The position numbers and the translations under genes were made by a program. A model generated the notes under the pieces. The model saw only the letters and a program-made list of their open reading frames with translations. It was not told the origin of the DNA and did no database searches. A DNA stretch of 64,000 nucleotides from Mobula hypostoma (Eukaryota): the NCBI RefSeq assembly GCF_963921235.1, contig NC_086097.1, positions 38,442,001 to 38,506,000 of the forward strand, in the 5' to 3' direction. Below are positions 24,947 to 38,309 of the stretch, one piece after another (position 1 is the first letter of the stretch; each line of letters begins with the position of its first letter).

Positions 24947-26550
24947 CAAACCCCATTTCCAGAAAAATTGGGATATTTTCCAAAATGCAATGAAAACAAA
25001 AATCTGTGATATGTTAATTCACTTGAACCTTTATTTAACTGACAAAAGTACAAAGAAAAGATTTTCAATAGTTTTACTGACCAACTTAATTGTATTTTGT
25101 AAACATACACAAATTTAGAATTTGATGGCTGCAACACACTCAACAAAAGTTGGGACAGAGGCATGTTTACCAATGTGTTACATCACCTTTCCTTTTAATA
25201 ACACTTTTTAATCGTTTTGGAACTGAGGATACTAATTGTAGTAGATTTGCAAATGGAAATTTTGTCCATTCTTGCTTGATATAAGACTTCAGCTGCTCAA
25301 CAGTCCGTGGTCTCCGATGTCTGATTCTCCTCTTCATGATGCACCATACATTTTCAATAGGAGATAGATCTGGACTGGCAGCAGGCCAGTCAAGCACACG
25401 CACTCTGTGTCTACAAAGCCACGCTGTTGTAGCCCATGCAGAATGTGGTCTGGCATTGTCCTGCTGAAATAAGCATGGACGTCCCAGGAAGAGATGTCGC
25501 CTTGATGGCAACATATGTCTCTCTAAAATCCTAATATACGCCTCAGAGTCAATGGTACCTTCACATACATGCAACTGACCCATGCCGTGGGCACTGATGC
25601 ACCCCCATACCATCACAGATGCTGGCTTTTGCACCTTTCGCTGATAACAATCTGGATGGTCGTTTTCATCTTTGGCATGGAGAACTCAACGCCCGTTTTT
25701 TCCAAAAACTAGCTGAAATGTGGACTCATCTGACCACAGCACACGGTTCCACAGTCTTTCGGTCCATCTGAGATGAGCTCAGGCCCAGAGAACTCACCGG
25801 CGTTTCTGCATAGAGTTGATGTATGGCTTCCTCTTTGCGTAATACAGTTTCAAGTTGCATTTCTGGATGCAGCAACAGACTGTGTTGAGTGACAATGGTT
25901 TTCCGAAGTACTCCCGAGCCCAGGTGGCTGTAATTGTCACAGTAGCATGACGGTTTCTTAGGCAGTGCCGCCTGAGGGCTCGAAGATCACGCGCATTCAA
26001 CAGTGGTTTCCAACCTTGCCCTTTACGCACTGAGATGTCTCTGAATTCTCTGAATCTTTTCACAATATTATGTACTGTAGATGTTGAAAGACCTAAATTC
26101 TCTGCAATCTTGTGTTGAGAAATGTTCCTTTTGAACTGACTAACAATTCTCTCACAAATTTTGGCACAAAGGGGTGAGCCACAACCCACCCTTGCTTGCA
26201 AAGACTGAGCCTTTGATGGACGCTACTTTTATACCCAGTCATGATACCTCACCTGCTACCAATTAGCCTGCTTGATGTGGAGTCTTCCAAACCAGTGTTA
26301 CTTGAATATTCTGTGCACTTTTCAATCTTATTTTAACTCTGTCCCAATTTTTGTTGAGTGTGTTGCAGCCATCAAATTCTAAATTTGTGTATATTTACAA
26401 AATACAATTAAGTTGGTAGGTAAAACTATTGAAAATCGTTTCTTTGTACTTTTGTCAGTTAAATAAATGTTCACGTGAATTAACATATCACAGGTTTTTG
26501 TTTTTATTGCATTTGGGAAAATATCCCAACTTTTCTGGAAATGGGGTTTG
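24947..26550 (-). mobile_element. Full-length Tc1 (DD34E) DNA transposon with ~210-bp TIRs
   Basis: TA|CAAACCCCATTTCCAGAAAA … TTTTCTGGAAATGGGGTTTG|TA; transposase on minus at 26189-25167. Confidence 0.95.
25167..26189 (-). pseudogene. Tc1 transposase pseudogene (341 codons, no frameshift, 3 in-frame TGA)
   Basis: HTH region, WSDES, QQDNARPH…SPDLSPIENVW with 34 residues between D and E. The probable start codon reads GTG. Confidence 0.9.
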
Positions 26551-26847
26551 TACTCAGGAGATTATAGAATTGTACAGGTCTGTTTTTACATCACTTCCTC
26601 AAAAACATTAGATTATATAATCCAGGCTGACTATTTGAAGGAACTGCCTATCTACATCTCACTACCACTGCCTCCTTCACTTCTCCCACCCCGTATTAAG
26701 CCTGAAAATTAGTCAGTTCAAATGCACATCCAAATGTCACTTGAAGGTATCAGATCCTATAGAATCTGCTTCCACTAAAGTTTCAGAAAGTATGCCCCAA
26801 TTATCTAAATATTTCTTTTTTTTAGTTATTAACATATGTATTTAAAA

Positions 26848-27976
26848 CTACCATATTGGGGGTAAGGTATTGATGTGGATGGAGAATTGGTTAGCAGACA
26901 GGAAGCAAAGAGTGGGAATAAACGGGACCTTTTCAGAATGGCAGGCGGTGACTAGTGGGGTACCGCAAGGCTCAGTGCTGGAACCCCAGTTGTTTACAAT
27001 ATATATCAATGACTTGGATGAGGGAATTAAATGCAGCATCTCCAAGTCTGCGGATGACATGAAGCTGGGTGGCAGTGTTAGCTGTGAGGAGGATGCTAAG
27101 AGGATGCAGAGTGACTTGGATAGGTTGGGTGAGTGGGCAAATTCATGGCAGATGCAATTTAATGTGGATAAATGTGAAGTTATCCACTTTGGTGGCAAAA
27201 ATAGGAAAACAGATTATTATCTGAATGGTGGCCGATTAGGAAAAGGGGAGGTGCAACGAGACCTGGGTGTCATTATACACCAGTCATTGAAAGTGGGCAT
27301 GCAGGTACAGCAGGCGGTGAAAAAGGCAAATGGTATGCTGGCATTTATAGCGAGAGGATTCGAGTACAGGAGCAGGGAGGTACTGTTGCAGTTGTACAAG
27401 GCCTTGGTGAGACCACACCTGGAGTATTGTGTGCAGTTTTGGTCCCCTAATCTGAGGAAAGACATCCTTGCCATAGAGGGAGTACAAAGAAGGTTCACCA
27501 GATTGATTCCTGGGATGGCAGGACTTTCATATGAAGAAAGACTGGATGAACTGGGCTTGTACTCGTTGGAATTTAGAAGATTGAGGGGGGATCTGATTGA
27601 AACGTATAAAATCCTAAAGGGATTGGACAGGCTAGATGCAGGAAGATTATTCCCGATGTTGGGGAAGTCCAGAACAAGGGGTCACAGTTTGAGGATAAAG
27701 GGGAAGCCTTTTAGGACCGAGATTAGGAAAAACTTCTTCACACAGAGAGTGGTGAATCTGTGGAATTCTCTGCCACAGGAAACAGTTAAGGCCAGTTCAT
27801 TGGCTATATTTAAGAGGGAGTTAGATATGGCCCTTGTGGCTACGGGGATCAGGGGGTATGGAGGGAAGGCTGGGGCGGGGTTCTAAGTTGGATGATCAGC
27901 CATGATCATAATAAATGGCGGTGCAGGCTCGAAGGGCCGAATGGCCTACTCCTGCACCTATTTTCTATGGTTCTAT
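26848..27976 (+). mobile_element. Young CR1 LINE 3' fragment with uninterrupted 338-aa ORF2 end
   Basis: VTSGVPQGSVL, SKSADDMK, LVRPHLEYCVQFWSP, FFTQRVVNLWNSLP; ends in TTCTAT-like repeats. Confidence 0.93.
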
Positions 27977-28419
27977 ATCCAGTTACTCACTAATTTACTA
28001 GAAGAAATAGTTTCTCAGTATTTGTCTCATCATAAGAGGTATTCAATCTTGGCTTATCGTAAGATATATTCAAAATTATGAAGAACTTTCACCTTACATG
28101 TCTCTGCTCCAAGAAGAACAAGATCAATTTTTCCATTTTTTATTCTAAATTTCCTCATACCTGATACCTGGTAAACTTTCATTGTTCATTTTCTAAGACC
28201 TTGACATCCTTCCTAAATTGTAATATATATTACTGTGAGCAAAAGCAATGATTAGTAAAGATTTAGTATGACTTTCTTGTTTTTATGTTTAATGCCCCTA
28301 TATACAAAGCCAAGTACAATAAAAATCAGTAATCCTGTATGCTCATGACTACATATTCCTTGACTATTTGATGTTTTTCATTTACTACAAAACATACTTT
28401 AGAATCATGTAAATGTGAT

Positions 28420-29081
28420 CATAAGAGATAGGAGCAAAATTAGGCCATTTCACCAATTGAGGCTGTGCTGCCATTCCATCATGGCTGATTTATTATCCCA
28501 CTCAAGCACATAATGGACTCCATTGTCTTCCCAACCACTGAAGACAAGCTAACCAGACTATAATTTCTTTTCTTCAGCCTCCTTCCCTCTTAAGGAGTGG
28601 AGTGACAGTTGCAATTTTCTAGTCCTTTGGAACCATAGGATTCTTGAAAGATCAATACTAATGCCTCTACAATCTCTTTAGCTACCTCTTTCAGAACCCT
28701 CAGATACAGTCCATCCAGTCCAGGTGACTTATCTACCTTCAGATCGTTCAGCTTCCCAAGCACATTCTCCTTAGTAGTAGCAGCTACGCTCACTTCTGCG
28801 CCAACACTCTTGAATTTCTGGCATACTGCTAGTGTCTTCAACAGTGAACACTGATGCAAAGATACTTAAAGTCTGTCTGCCATTTTTGTCCCCAGTTACT
28901 ATCTCTCCAGTGTCATTTTCCAGCTGTCCGATATCCACTCTCACCTTTCTTTTACCCTTTATATATCTGAAAAAACCTTTGGTATCCTCCTTTATATTAT
29001 TTACTAGCTTACCTTGCCTTCTGTTGGTTTTCAAAACCTCCCCAATCCTCCAACTTCCCACTAATTTTTCCAATATTATAT
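28420..29081 (-). mobile_element. CR1 LINE fragment
   Basis: ORFs with FFRYIKGKRK and KSPGLDGLYLRVLKEVA. Confidence 0.75.
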
Positions 29082-30535
29082 GCGCAAGAAAAGCATGGTA
29101 ACCTGCCTCACTGACTATCACCCAGTAGTACTTACATCCACAGTGATGAAGCGTTTTGTGTTTTGAGAGGTTTGTGATAAAACACATCACTGCTGCCTGA
29201 AAAGCAACTTAGATACACTCCAATTTGCCAACCGGAGCAACAGGTCCACAGCAAATGCCATTTCACTGGGTCTTCACTTCAACTCTGTAACATCTGGACA
29301 ACAAAGATACATACATCAGGATGTTCTTAATCGACTACAGCTCAATACCATCATCCCCTCAAAACTACTCAAAAAAGCTCAAGACACTGGCCTCAATACC
29401 TCCTTGTGCAATTGGATCCTTGATTTCCTCACTTCCAGACCCCAGTTATCTTGGATTGGCAACAACATCTTCTCCATGATCGCCATCAGTACAGGTGCAC
29501 CACAAGGCTGTGTGCTTAGCCCTTTGCTCCACTCCACTCTACTCTACCCTGCTCTAGTCTTATGACTGTGTGGCTAAGCACAGCTCCAATACCATATTCA
29601 AGTTTGCTGTTGACACCACTGTTGTGGGCTGAATCAAAGGTGGTAATGAATCAATTTATAGGAGGGAGATCAAAAATCTGGCTGAGTGGTGCCAATGCCA
29701 GCAAGACCAAAGAGCTAATTATTGACTTCAAGAGAAGGAAAACAGAGGTCCAAGAGCCAGTCCTCAGAGGATCAGAGGTGGAGAGGGTCAGCAATTTTAA
29801 ATTCTTTGGTGTTATTATTACAAGGGACCTGACCTGGAGCCCATCACGTAAGTGCAACTACGAAGAAATCACAGAAGCACCTCCACTTCCTTAGGAGTTT
29901 GCGGAGATTTTGCATTACATCTAAAACTTTGACCAACTTCTACAGATGTGTACTGGAGAGTATTTTGACTGGCCACATCATAGCCTGGTATGGAAACACC
30001 AATGCCCTTGAACAGAAAACCCTACAAAAAGTAATGGATACAACCCAGTCCATCACAGGTAAACCCCTCCCCACCATTCTGCACATATACAAGAAATGCT
30101 GTCGCAGCAAAGCAGCATCCATCGTCAGAGACACCCAGCACCCAGGACATGCTCTCTTCTCATTGCTGCCATTGTGAAGAAAGTACAGGAGCCTTAGGAC
30201 TCACACCACCAGCTTCAGGAACAGTTACTACCCATCAACCATCAGGCTCTTGAACCAAAGGGCATAACTTCACAACTTCACTTGCCCCATCATTGAAATG
30301 TTCCCACAACTAATGGACTCACTTTCAAGGGCTCATCTCATGTTTTTGATATTTATTATTCTTTCTTTTGTTTTGTACTTGCACAGTTTGTTGTCTTCTG
30401 CACTCTAACTGAATGGCCTAGTTGGGTGATCTTTCATTGATTCTGTTACAGTTATTATTCTATAGTTTTATTGAGAATGCCCACAAGAAAATGAATCTCA
30501 GGGTTATATATGGTTACATATATGTACTTCGAACA
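29082..30535 (+). mobile_element. Rex1/Babar LINE fragment
   Basis: STGAPQGCVLSP region, SKTKELIIDF, TNFYRCVLESILTG; typical tail. Confidence 0.85.
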
Positions 30536-30699
30536 TTTGCTTCTATTACTATCTTTTCTTCACTACCTTTTTCGATTGCCATGTAAAAGGATATGCACCC
30601 CTAACCAGCTCTTCCGCAAAAAGCAGCACTTCAGTTATTCATGTTATTTCCCACTAAGTTCAATGCTGCCACACTTACATGATTAAATTTCACCTACTT

Positions 30700-32080
30700 T
30701 GTCTGCAAGGCCTCAGGCTCTGATGGTACACTTAGTAGGGCATTGAAAATCTGTGCCAGCCAACTGGCAGGAGTGTTCAAGGACATCTTTAATCTCTCAC
30801 TGCTGCAGTCGGAGGTTCCCACCTGTTTCAAAAGGGCAGCAATCACGTCAGTGCCCAAGAAAAGCAGGGTGAGCTGTCTCAATGACTATCGTCCAGTTGC
30901 ACTCACATCTACCGTGATGAAGTGTTTTGAGAGGTTGGTCACGGCTAGAATCAACTCCTGCCTAAAGCAAAGACCTGAAGCTGCTACAATTTGCCTGTCG
31001 TCAATAGGTCTACAGCTGATACAATCTTACTGGCTCTCCACTCACCTTGGATCACCTGGACAATAGCATACCTCTATCAGGCTGCTGTTTATTCACTGTT
31101 TAACACAATCATATCCTGAGTTCTACTGAACAAGCTCCAAAACCTGGGCCTCTGTACATCCCTCTGCAACTGGATCCTTGACTTCCTCACCAGGAGACAA
31201 TGGTCAGTGTGGATCCGAAATAACAACTCTTCTTCACTGAGGATCAACACTAGCACAGCTCAAGGATATGTGCTCAGCCCACTGCTCTATTTTCTCTACA
31301 CCCACGGCTCTGTGGCTAGGCACAGCTTAAACACCATCTATAAATCCATCTAAATTCAACTATTGTTGGCAGAATTTCAGATGGTGAAATCAGCTGGCTG
31401 TGCGGTGCCTGCGACAACACTCAACATCAGTAAGACCAAGGAAATGATGTGGACTTCAGGAAGGGGAAGTTGAGAAAACACTCAACAGTCCTCATCCAAT
31501 GATCAGCAGTGGAAAAGGTGAGCAGCTTCAAGTTCCTGGGTGTCAACATCTTTGAAGATTTATCTTGGACCCAACCCAAACATATTCATGCAATTACAAA
31601 GCAGCTACATTTCATTAAGAGTTTGAGGATACTTGGTATGTCATCACAACCCCCTCAAACTTCCACAGATATACCATGGAGAGCATTCTAACCGGTTGCA
31701 TCACCATCTGGTATGGGGCGGGGGGGAGGGGCACTGCACAGGATCAGAAAAAGCTGCAGAAATTTGCAGTATCAGCCAACTCCATTGTGGCATTAATTTC
31801 CTCAGCATCGAGGAGACCTTCAAAAGGTGAAGCCTCAAAAAGGTGGAACCCACCATTAAAGACTCCCATCACACAGGATATGCCCTCTTCCCTTTGTTAC
31901 CATCAAGGAGGTACACACACATTGTTTCCGAGACAGCTTCTTCCTCTCCACTATCAGATTTCTGAATGAACAATGAACCTATGAACACTACCTCACCATA
32001 TTTTTGCTCTCTTTTTGCACTACTTTTTTTTCATATATAAAGTTCTTACTGTAATTTATATTTTTATTATGTACTGCATT
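30700..32080 (+). mobile_element. Rex1/Babar LINE fragment (its tail resumes at ~36060-36130 after the RTE insertion)
   Basis: [30 protein letters not shown] motifs. Confidence 0.85.
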
Positions 32081-35000
32081 GGGGTGCATGGGAGGGGTAG
32101 CACCTCTAGATGGGGGGGCTTGTCACACTCCTTGGAGTGGCTCGTCATCTATTGGTCCCCACCATCGCCCAGCTCTCACCTGTGGCTCCTCGTAGCTGTT
32201 TGCATGTGACAGCGGCCACACCTGGGGCAACGGCTTCGACAGGCCGGCTAAACCAGGTGAGGGTAGCCATCGGGTCTGAAACCCTTGGTGAGATAGGAAC
32301 TTACTCATCCCAGCATGCAAAGACTGCTTTGGTGGATCAGGCGGAGGAAACCCCAGGGGTTCAATGGCTGAGAAGGCGTTGCAGCAGCGCATTGTGGAGT
32401 GCGTAGGGCACGGCAGAGTACTTAGACGCAGCTATCCAATGCAGCCAAGGAAGTTGTCAGAAGTAACGATTCTTCGTGCCACTGGATCCTGACTTCTGAG
32501 GCCGAGAGAGTGGGATCATCTCTGTGCAAGGCTTTTCCACTTTCATATCTTTCACACACTAGTTACATTGTGCAACATTCATCTCCCAACTTTCAATTCC
32601 TACCAGTCTTCTACAAGTCCTACGGCGATGGGGGAGTGGCGAAGCAACAGGTGGAGGTGACCACTGAGAGATGTAGTCACAAACCCGCATGTTGGCGGCC
32701 TTTGGACAAGCGGTCATTCTTCTCTGTACCCCGGGCAGTAGAGGAGTCCGGCAGCACCAATGGCGACTGAGTACCCCTTTTCAGGACAGCACTGCTCACC
32801 CTTTGATAGGGAGGGGCCTAGAAAAGGTGGCCTAAACATTGCCTGCCCTACAGACAGATAACTCGCCAGCTTGTCGCAGCTGGCAGTTCATCCGCCAATG
32901 CGTCGACACTCAAAGGAGAAGAAAGAAACTTCTGTTAGGATCATGGAATATTCACACACTCATGAACAGAGAGAACTCAGCAAGACCCCAAAGAACAGCT
33001 CTTGTTGCCAAGGAACTTTCACACTACAACATCAACATCGCAGCCTAAGTGAAGCCAGGCTTGCAGAGGTAGGATCCCTGACTGAAACCACCAGCGGCTA
33101 CACTTTCTTTTAGAAAGGAAAAGCGCAAGATGAAGAGAGGATTCACGGAGCTGGATTTGCAGTCAAATCCAGCTTCCTGAAACAACTCTTCGACCTGCCC
33201 GTGGGAATCAACGAAAGACTTATGTGGCAATGTCTGCCCCTCAGCCACAAACGTCACGCAATAGTCATCAGCGCTTACGCCCCCACCATGACCAGCAAAT
33301 ACAAGACCATTGAACAGTTCTACGCCGACCTTAGCTCTGTTCTGTGCTCAGTCCCTGCCAACGACAAACTAATCCTGCTCGGTGACTTCAATGCCCGAGT
33401 AGGCTGCAATCACAGTCGCTGGGAAGGGGTTCTAGGCAAACATGGTATTGGCAATATGAACAGCAATGGCCTCTTGCTCCTTAGTAAATGTGCAGAATAC
33501 GACCTCCTCATCACAAACACAGTGTTCAGGTTGGTGAACAACTACAAGACAACATGGATGCACCCAAGATCCAAACATTGGCACATGATCAACTATGTTA
33601 TAGTACGTCGCCGTGACATCCAGGATGTCCTCATCACCAGAGCCATGCGAGGAGTGGAGTGCTGACCTGATCACAGGCTTGACTGCAGCACATTGAAGAT
33701 ACGTATTGCTTCCCACCACCCCAGGTGCCCTAAGTTCATCAGAACAGCTTTTAACACCGCCAGACTCCAAGAGCTGCTGTATCTTTGCAAGTTCCAGACC
33801 ACCCTTGGAACCCTTCTGTCAATGGACCACTAACTGGTGGGCCAACCCAGAAGCGGAATCAGTTTACAGAGATGGTGACGGAAACAGCAAAATCAGTCCT
33901 CGGCCCCAAGGACCGGAACCACCAAGATTGGTTCGACGAGAATGACAGTGCCATCAAAGATCTCCTGGCCAGGAAGAACAAAGCATTCATGGAATGGCAA
34001 AATGACCCAAGCTCCATTCCCAAAAAAGAGTGGTTCAAGTCCCTTCAGGCCCATGCCCAACGGGAAATTCGCAAGATGCACGACCTGTAGTGGGATAGGA
34101 AAGCTGAGGTACAATGCTTCGCCGACATCAACAACTCGAAGCTGCTCTTCAACTCCATCGAGATGATCTTCGGCCCCTCAAGATCAGGCTCATCTCCACT
34201 GTTGTCCACTGATGGAACCACACTGCTAAAGGACAAAGACAGCATCCAACACAGATGGAAAGAGCATTTCAGCCAGCTCCTGAACTGCCCTTCATCGGTC
34301 GACCAAATCCCCCAACAGCCTATTCACGAGGAACTAGATGATCCTCCCTCGATAGATGAAGTCAAGAAGGCTATCACACAGATGAGCAGTGGCAAGGCGC
34401 CTGACAAGGATGGAATACCTGTTGAACTGTACAAGGCACTCAGCAAGGAATCACTTGAGGCTTTCCACAGCACGCTGACTAGCATTTGGGAAGAAGAAGA
34501 GATGTCTCTTGACCTCAGAGACGCAATAATAATCGCCCTCTACCAAATAAAGGTTCAAGGACCCACTGCGGGAACTACAGAGACATCTCACTACTTTCCA
34601 TTGCCGGAAAAATCCTCGCCCACATCATCCTCAACAAACTGATTCCAACAGTGTCAGAAGAGAACCTTCCCGAGTCACAATGTGGCTTTCGTCCCGAACG
34701 CAGCACTGTCGACATGAACTTCGCAGTGAGGCAGATACAGGAGAAGTGCCTGGAACAGAACATGACATTATACTCTGTCTTCATTGATCTGACAAAGGCG
34801 TTTGACATGGTCAACAGAAACGCACTGTGGATCATCCTTAGAAAGCTTGGCTACCCGCAGAAATTCACTACGTTCATCCGCCTGCTCCACGATGGCATGA
34901 CAGGAGAAGTGTCCCCATCTAAGACTTCCAACATCTCAAATGGCGTGAAGCAAGGGTGCATTCTAGCACCAGTGCTCTTCAACCTCTTCTTCACCCAAAT

Positions 35001-36058
35001 GCTGAAGCATGCTGTTAAGGACCTAAACCTGGGTATTTACATAAGATATCGCCTAGACGGATCGATGTTTGACCTGAGACGCCTTGCTGCAAAGACCAAA
35101 ACGTTGAGGAGGCTTATCACCAAAGCCCTGTTTGCTGGTGACTGTGCCCTCATGGCCCACCAGGAGAACCACCAGCAGATGAGTGTTGACAAGTTCTCTG
35201 CAGCCTCAAAGCTGTTCGGCCTGACAATCAGCCTCGGTAAGACAGAAGTTCTCCTACAATCTGCACCAAACAGTTACCCTCCTCAGCCATGCATCACCAT
35301 CGACGGCACTGTCCTGAAGAATGTGGAGAGCGTCAAGTATCTAGGAAGCACCATCTCCAATGACCATCATCTGCTTGACAAGGAGATCATAGCAAGGATC
35401 CAGGAAGCCAGCCAGGCACTCGGGAAACTCCACATCAAAGTTCTGGAGCACATTCAGCTTTCAACCAAGCTCAAGGTGTACGAGGCTGTGGCCCTCACCT
35501 CTCTCCTGTACGGCTGTGAAACCTGGACCGTGTACTGCAGGAGCAGTTTCACATGTGCCCTCTGCGGTCGATCATGAGGATCCGATGGCAGGACCGAATC
35601 ACCAACCAGGAAGTCCTTGAGAGAGCCAACAGCACAAGCATTGAGGCAAGGGTCCTCCAGGCCCAGCTACGCTAGACTGGCCATGTAACCTGCATGGATG
35701 AAACAAGAATCTCCAGGCAGCTGCTCTACCGTCAGCTTGAGCATGGCAGACAATCTGAAATCGTACATCAAATGGGCGGACCTCCAGCCTCGATAACTTG
35801 AGGAGTCCGCAACCGACAGGGCTGCGTGGCGCACCCTGACCAGAAAAGCTTTGAGGATGACCAAAATCAGCGCCTTGGAGCAGCACGAGACCAACACCAC
35901 AAAGCTGTGTATGCACTTGTTCTAACAACCGCCATTCCATGTCCAACCTGCAACCGCATGTGTGCTTTGGCCTTTGGCCTCCGAAGCCACGCGCGTATCC
36001 ACAGATGACTGCACAATGTTTAGTCTTCCTCGGACCCCGAGAGACAACCACCACCACC
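32081..36058 (+). mobile_element. Near full-length RTE (BovB-like) LINE, inactivated
   Basis: 5' UTR, APE endonuclease (GSWNIHTL…, SAYAPT, LGDFNARVG, WMHPRSKHWH), RT (PESQCGFRPERST, FIDLTKAFD, GVKQGCILAPVLF), C-terminal C2H2 finger CPTCNRMC..GLRSHARIH, (CCA)n tail. Degenerate TSD ATGTACTGCATT / ATATATTGCATT. Confidence 0.92.
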
Positions 36059-36744
36059 ATATATTGCATTGTACTGCTGCTGCAAAACAAATTTCACAAC
36101 ATATGCCAGTGATATTAAACCTGATTTTGATTGTTTCTGTCAATTTCTGTATGTACTTTCCTGATGCCAGTTACTAGTCTGCTCAATTACTGTTCTGTTA
36201 AATGTTGTTGTCTCATTTATAAAAACAAAACAGCACCACCTATATTCAACAAACATAACACAACTCTGGGCAGTTCACTCTGTTCTTTTCTTTACGCATT
36301 AGTCTGTTCCAACTAATTCTGTTCTTTATAACTGTACCCCAAGTTACCACTACACCTTTACATTTACAATCAATGTACTAAAATTGATGCATTAGGCAAC
36401 TATTTTCTTAATTCAGCTGTTTCTATTAAAAAAAACAACAGTACTGATCATGGAAGAAACAAACTTTGTGAATTCGTACATGTAGAAGTCAAGCAGCAGC
36501 TTACAAAGTACAAATAAATCAAAGGGGAGCTACACAAACTAGAAGAAAGCTGGAAGGTAGTCACAGTAATGGGTATACAGTATATCAATAAGATAGCTGG
36601 AGAAATGTTTAAGACTCATGTATAATGGTACAGAATTATGAAGAGATCAAATTAGGGAAATAGGAAAGGAAAAACAGATGAAAATTGTAAAATGAACATT
36701 TTTGATAGAGAAATTTCTACTCATGAACTAGATATGTTTTGAGT

Positions 36745-37740
36745 CAAGGTGGTGTTCGGTGTTTCTGATGCGGCCTCTACATTGGTGAGACCCGTCATAA
36801 ATTGGGGTACTGCTTCGTCGAGCACCTCCACACCATCCACCACCAGCGGGATTTCCCGGTGGCCAAAAATTTTAATTCCCATTCCCATTTCTCCAATGTG
36901 TCGGTCCATGGTCACTTCTTGTGCCAAGGTGAGGCCAACCTGATGGTAGAGGGGCAGCACCTCATATTCCATATGGGTACCATCCAACCTGATGGTAGAG
37001 GGGCAACACCTCATATTCCATATGGGTACCATCCAACCTGATGGCATGAATATCCATTTCTCCTTGCGGTAAACAATTTGGGGGATCAAATGTTGTAAAA
37101 TTAGTCAGCTCAATCTTGGGTACTAAGCTCTGTAGAATCCAAGACATCTTCAAGGAGCGGTGCCTTAGAAAGGCAGCGTCCATTATTAAGGTCCCCCGCC
37201 CCCCCCATCACCGAGGACATGCCCTCCTTCTCACTGTTACCATCAGGAAGGAGGTACAGAAGCTTGAAAGCACACACTCAACGATTCAGGAACAGCTTCT
37301 TCCCCTCTGCCACCCAATTTCTAAATGGACACTGAACCCATGAATAGCACCTCAATTATTTATTATTTCAGTTTTTGCACTATTTTTAATTTAACTATTT
37401 AATATGCATATACATCTTACTGTACTTGATGTACTTATTTATTTTTTTCTATATGATCATTGTACTGCTGCCACTAAGTTAACGAATTTCACGACACAAC
37501 ATACCCCAGTGATATTAATCCTGATTTGGATTCTTTCCCACCCACCTGGCTTCACCCATCACCTTCCAGTTAGCCTCTTTCTCCTCCCTCCCACCACCCC
37601 CCCCCCCACCTTTTTGGTCTGGCATCTTCCCCTTCCTTCTCAGTCCTGAAGAAGGGCCTTGGCCCAAAGCATCGACTGTCTATTCATTCCATAGATGCTG
37701 TCTGATCTGAGTCCTTCCAGCATTCTGTCTCTGCTGCTTC
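36745..37740 (+). mobile_element. Decayed PLE (GIY-YIG remnant plus 3' repeat) interrupted by a Rex1 fragment (~37070-37530)
   Basis: DFPVAKNFNSHSH…QHLIFHMGTIQPDG; degenerate hammerhead at 37641-37678. Confidence 0.75.
36935..37044 (+). repeat. 49-bp tandem duplication (2.2 copies)
   Basis: CCAACCTGATGGTAGAGGGGCA(G/A)CACCTCATATTCCATATGGGTACCAT repeated, followed by CCAACCTGATGG. Confidence 0.9.
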
Positions 37741-38309
37741 AGAAGGTTTTGTTGGTAAGATTAGTTGTTTTCTTTAATTCAAAATTTAGTTAATTGCTTC
37801 ACACAGCTGACAACAGAACAATAGTCCTGAACTTCAGTTCCTTAATCTGTTATTATACCCGCCAGTCAAATTTGATAGTGTTCAATGTATCTTGGGAAAT
37901 TCTGCCTTGTTGCAATCCCCATATAATTACAATGCTGAATGACTGGATTCGACTGAAATGTTTTCATTGTGAGGTGGGGGTGTTGAATACAAGTGAAATA
38001 TGAGTGAAGTTAGTAGCTTATTTTGGAAAATGTTCAAGTAAAATGTTACTGTTTTTTATATCTAGCAGGCTCACAAAACAAGTTCCTACGCCAATTTATT
38101 AAAGTCCTGGCAGTTGCCACACAGCCCTTACCCACAACAATGAAACAGTCTTTTTCAAAAGGCTGAAACAAAAATATATTTGAAACACACAACAGAAACA
38201 AAATGACGTTGCTTGTGTAGCACAAATTCAGGAATGAACTACTCTGGTTAAATTAGAAAAGGCAAATCATCGTACTTCCCTTACCCCACTTCCCAATACC
38301 TGATACTAT

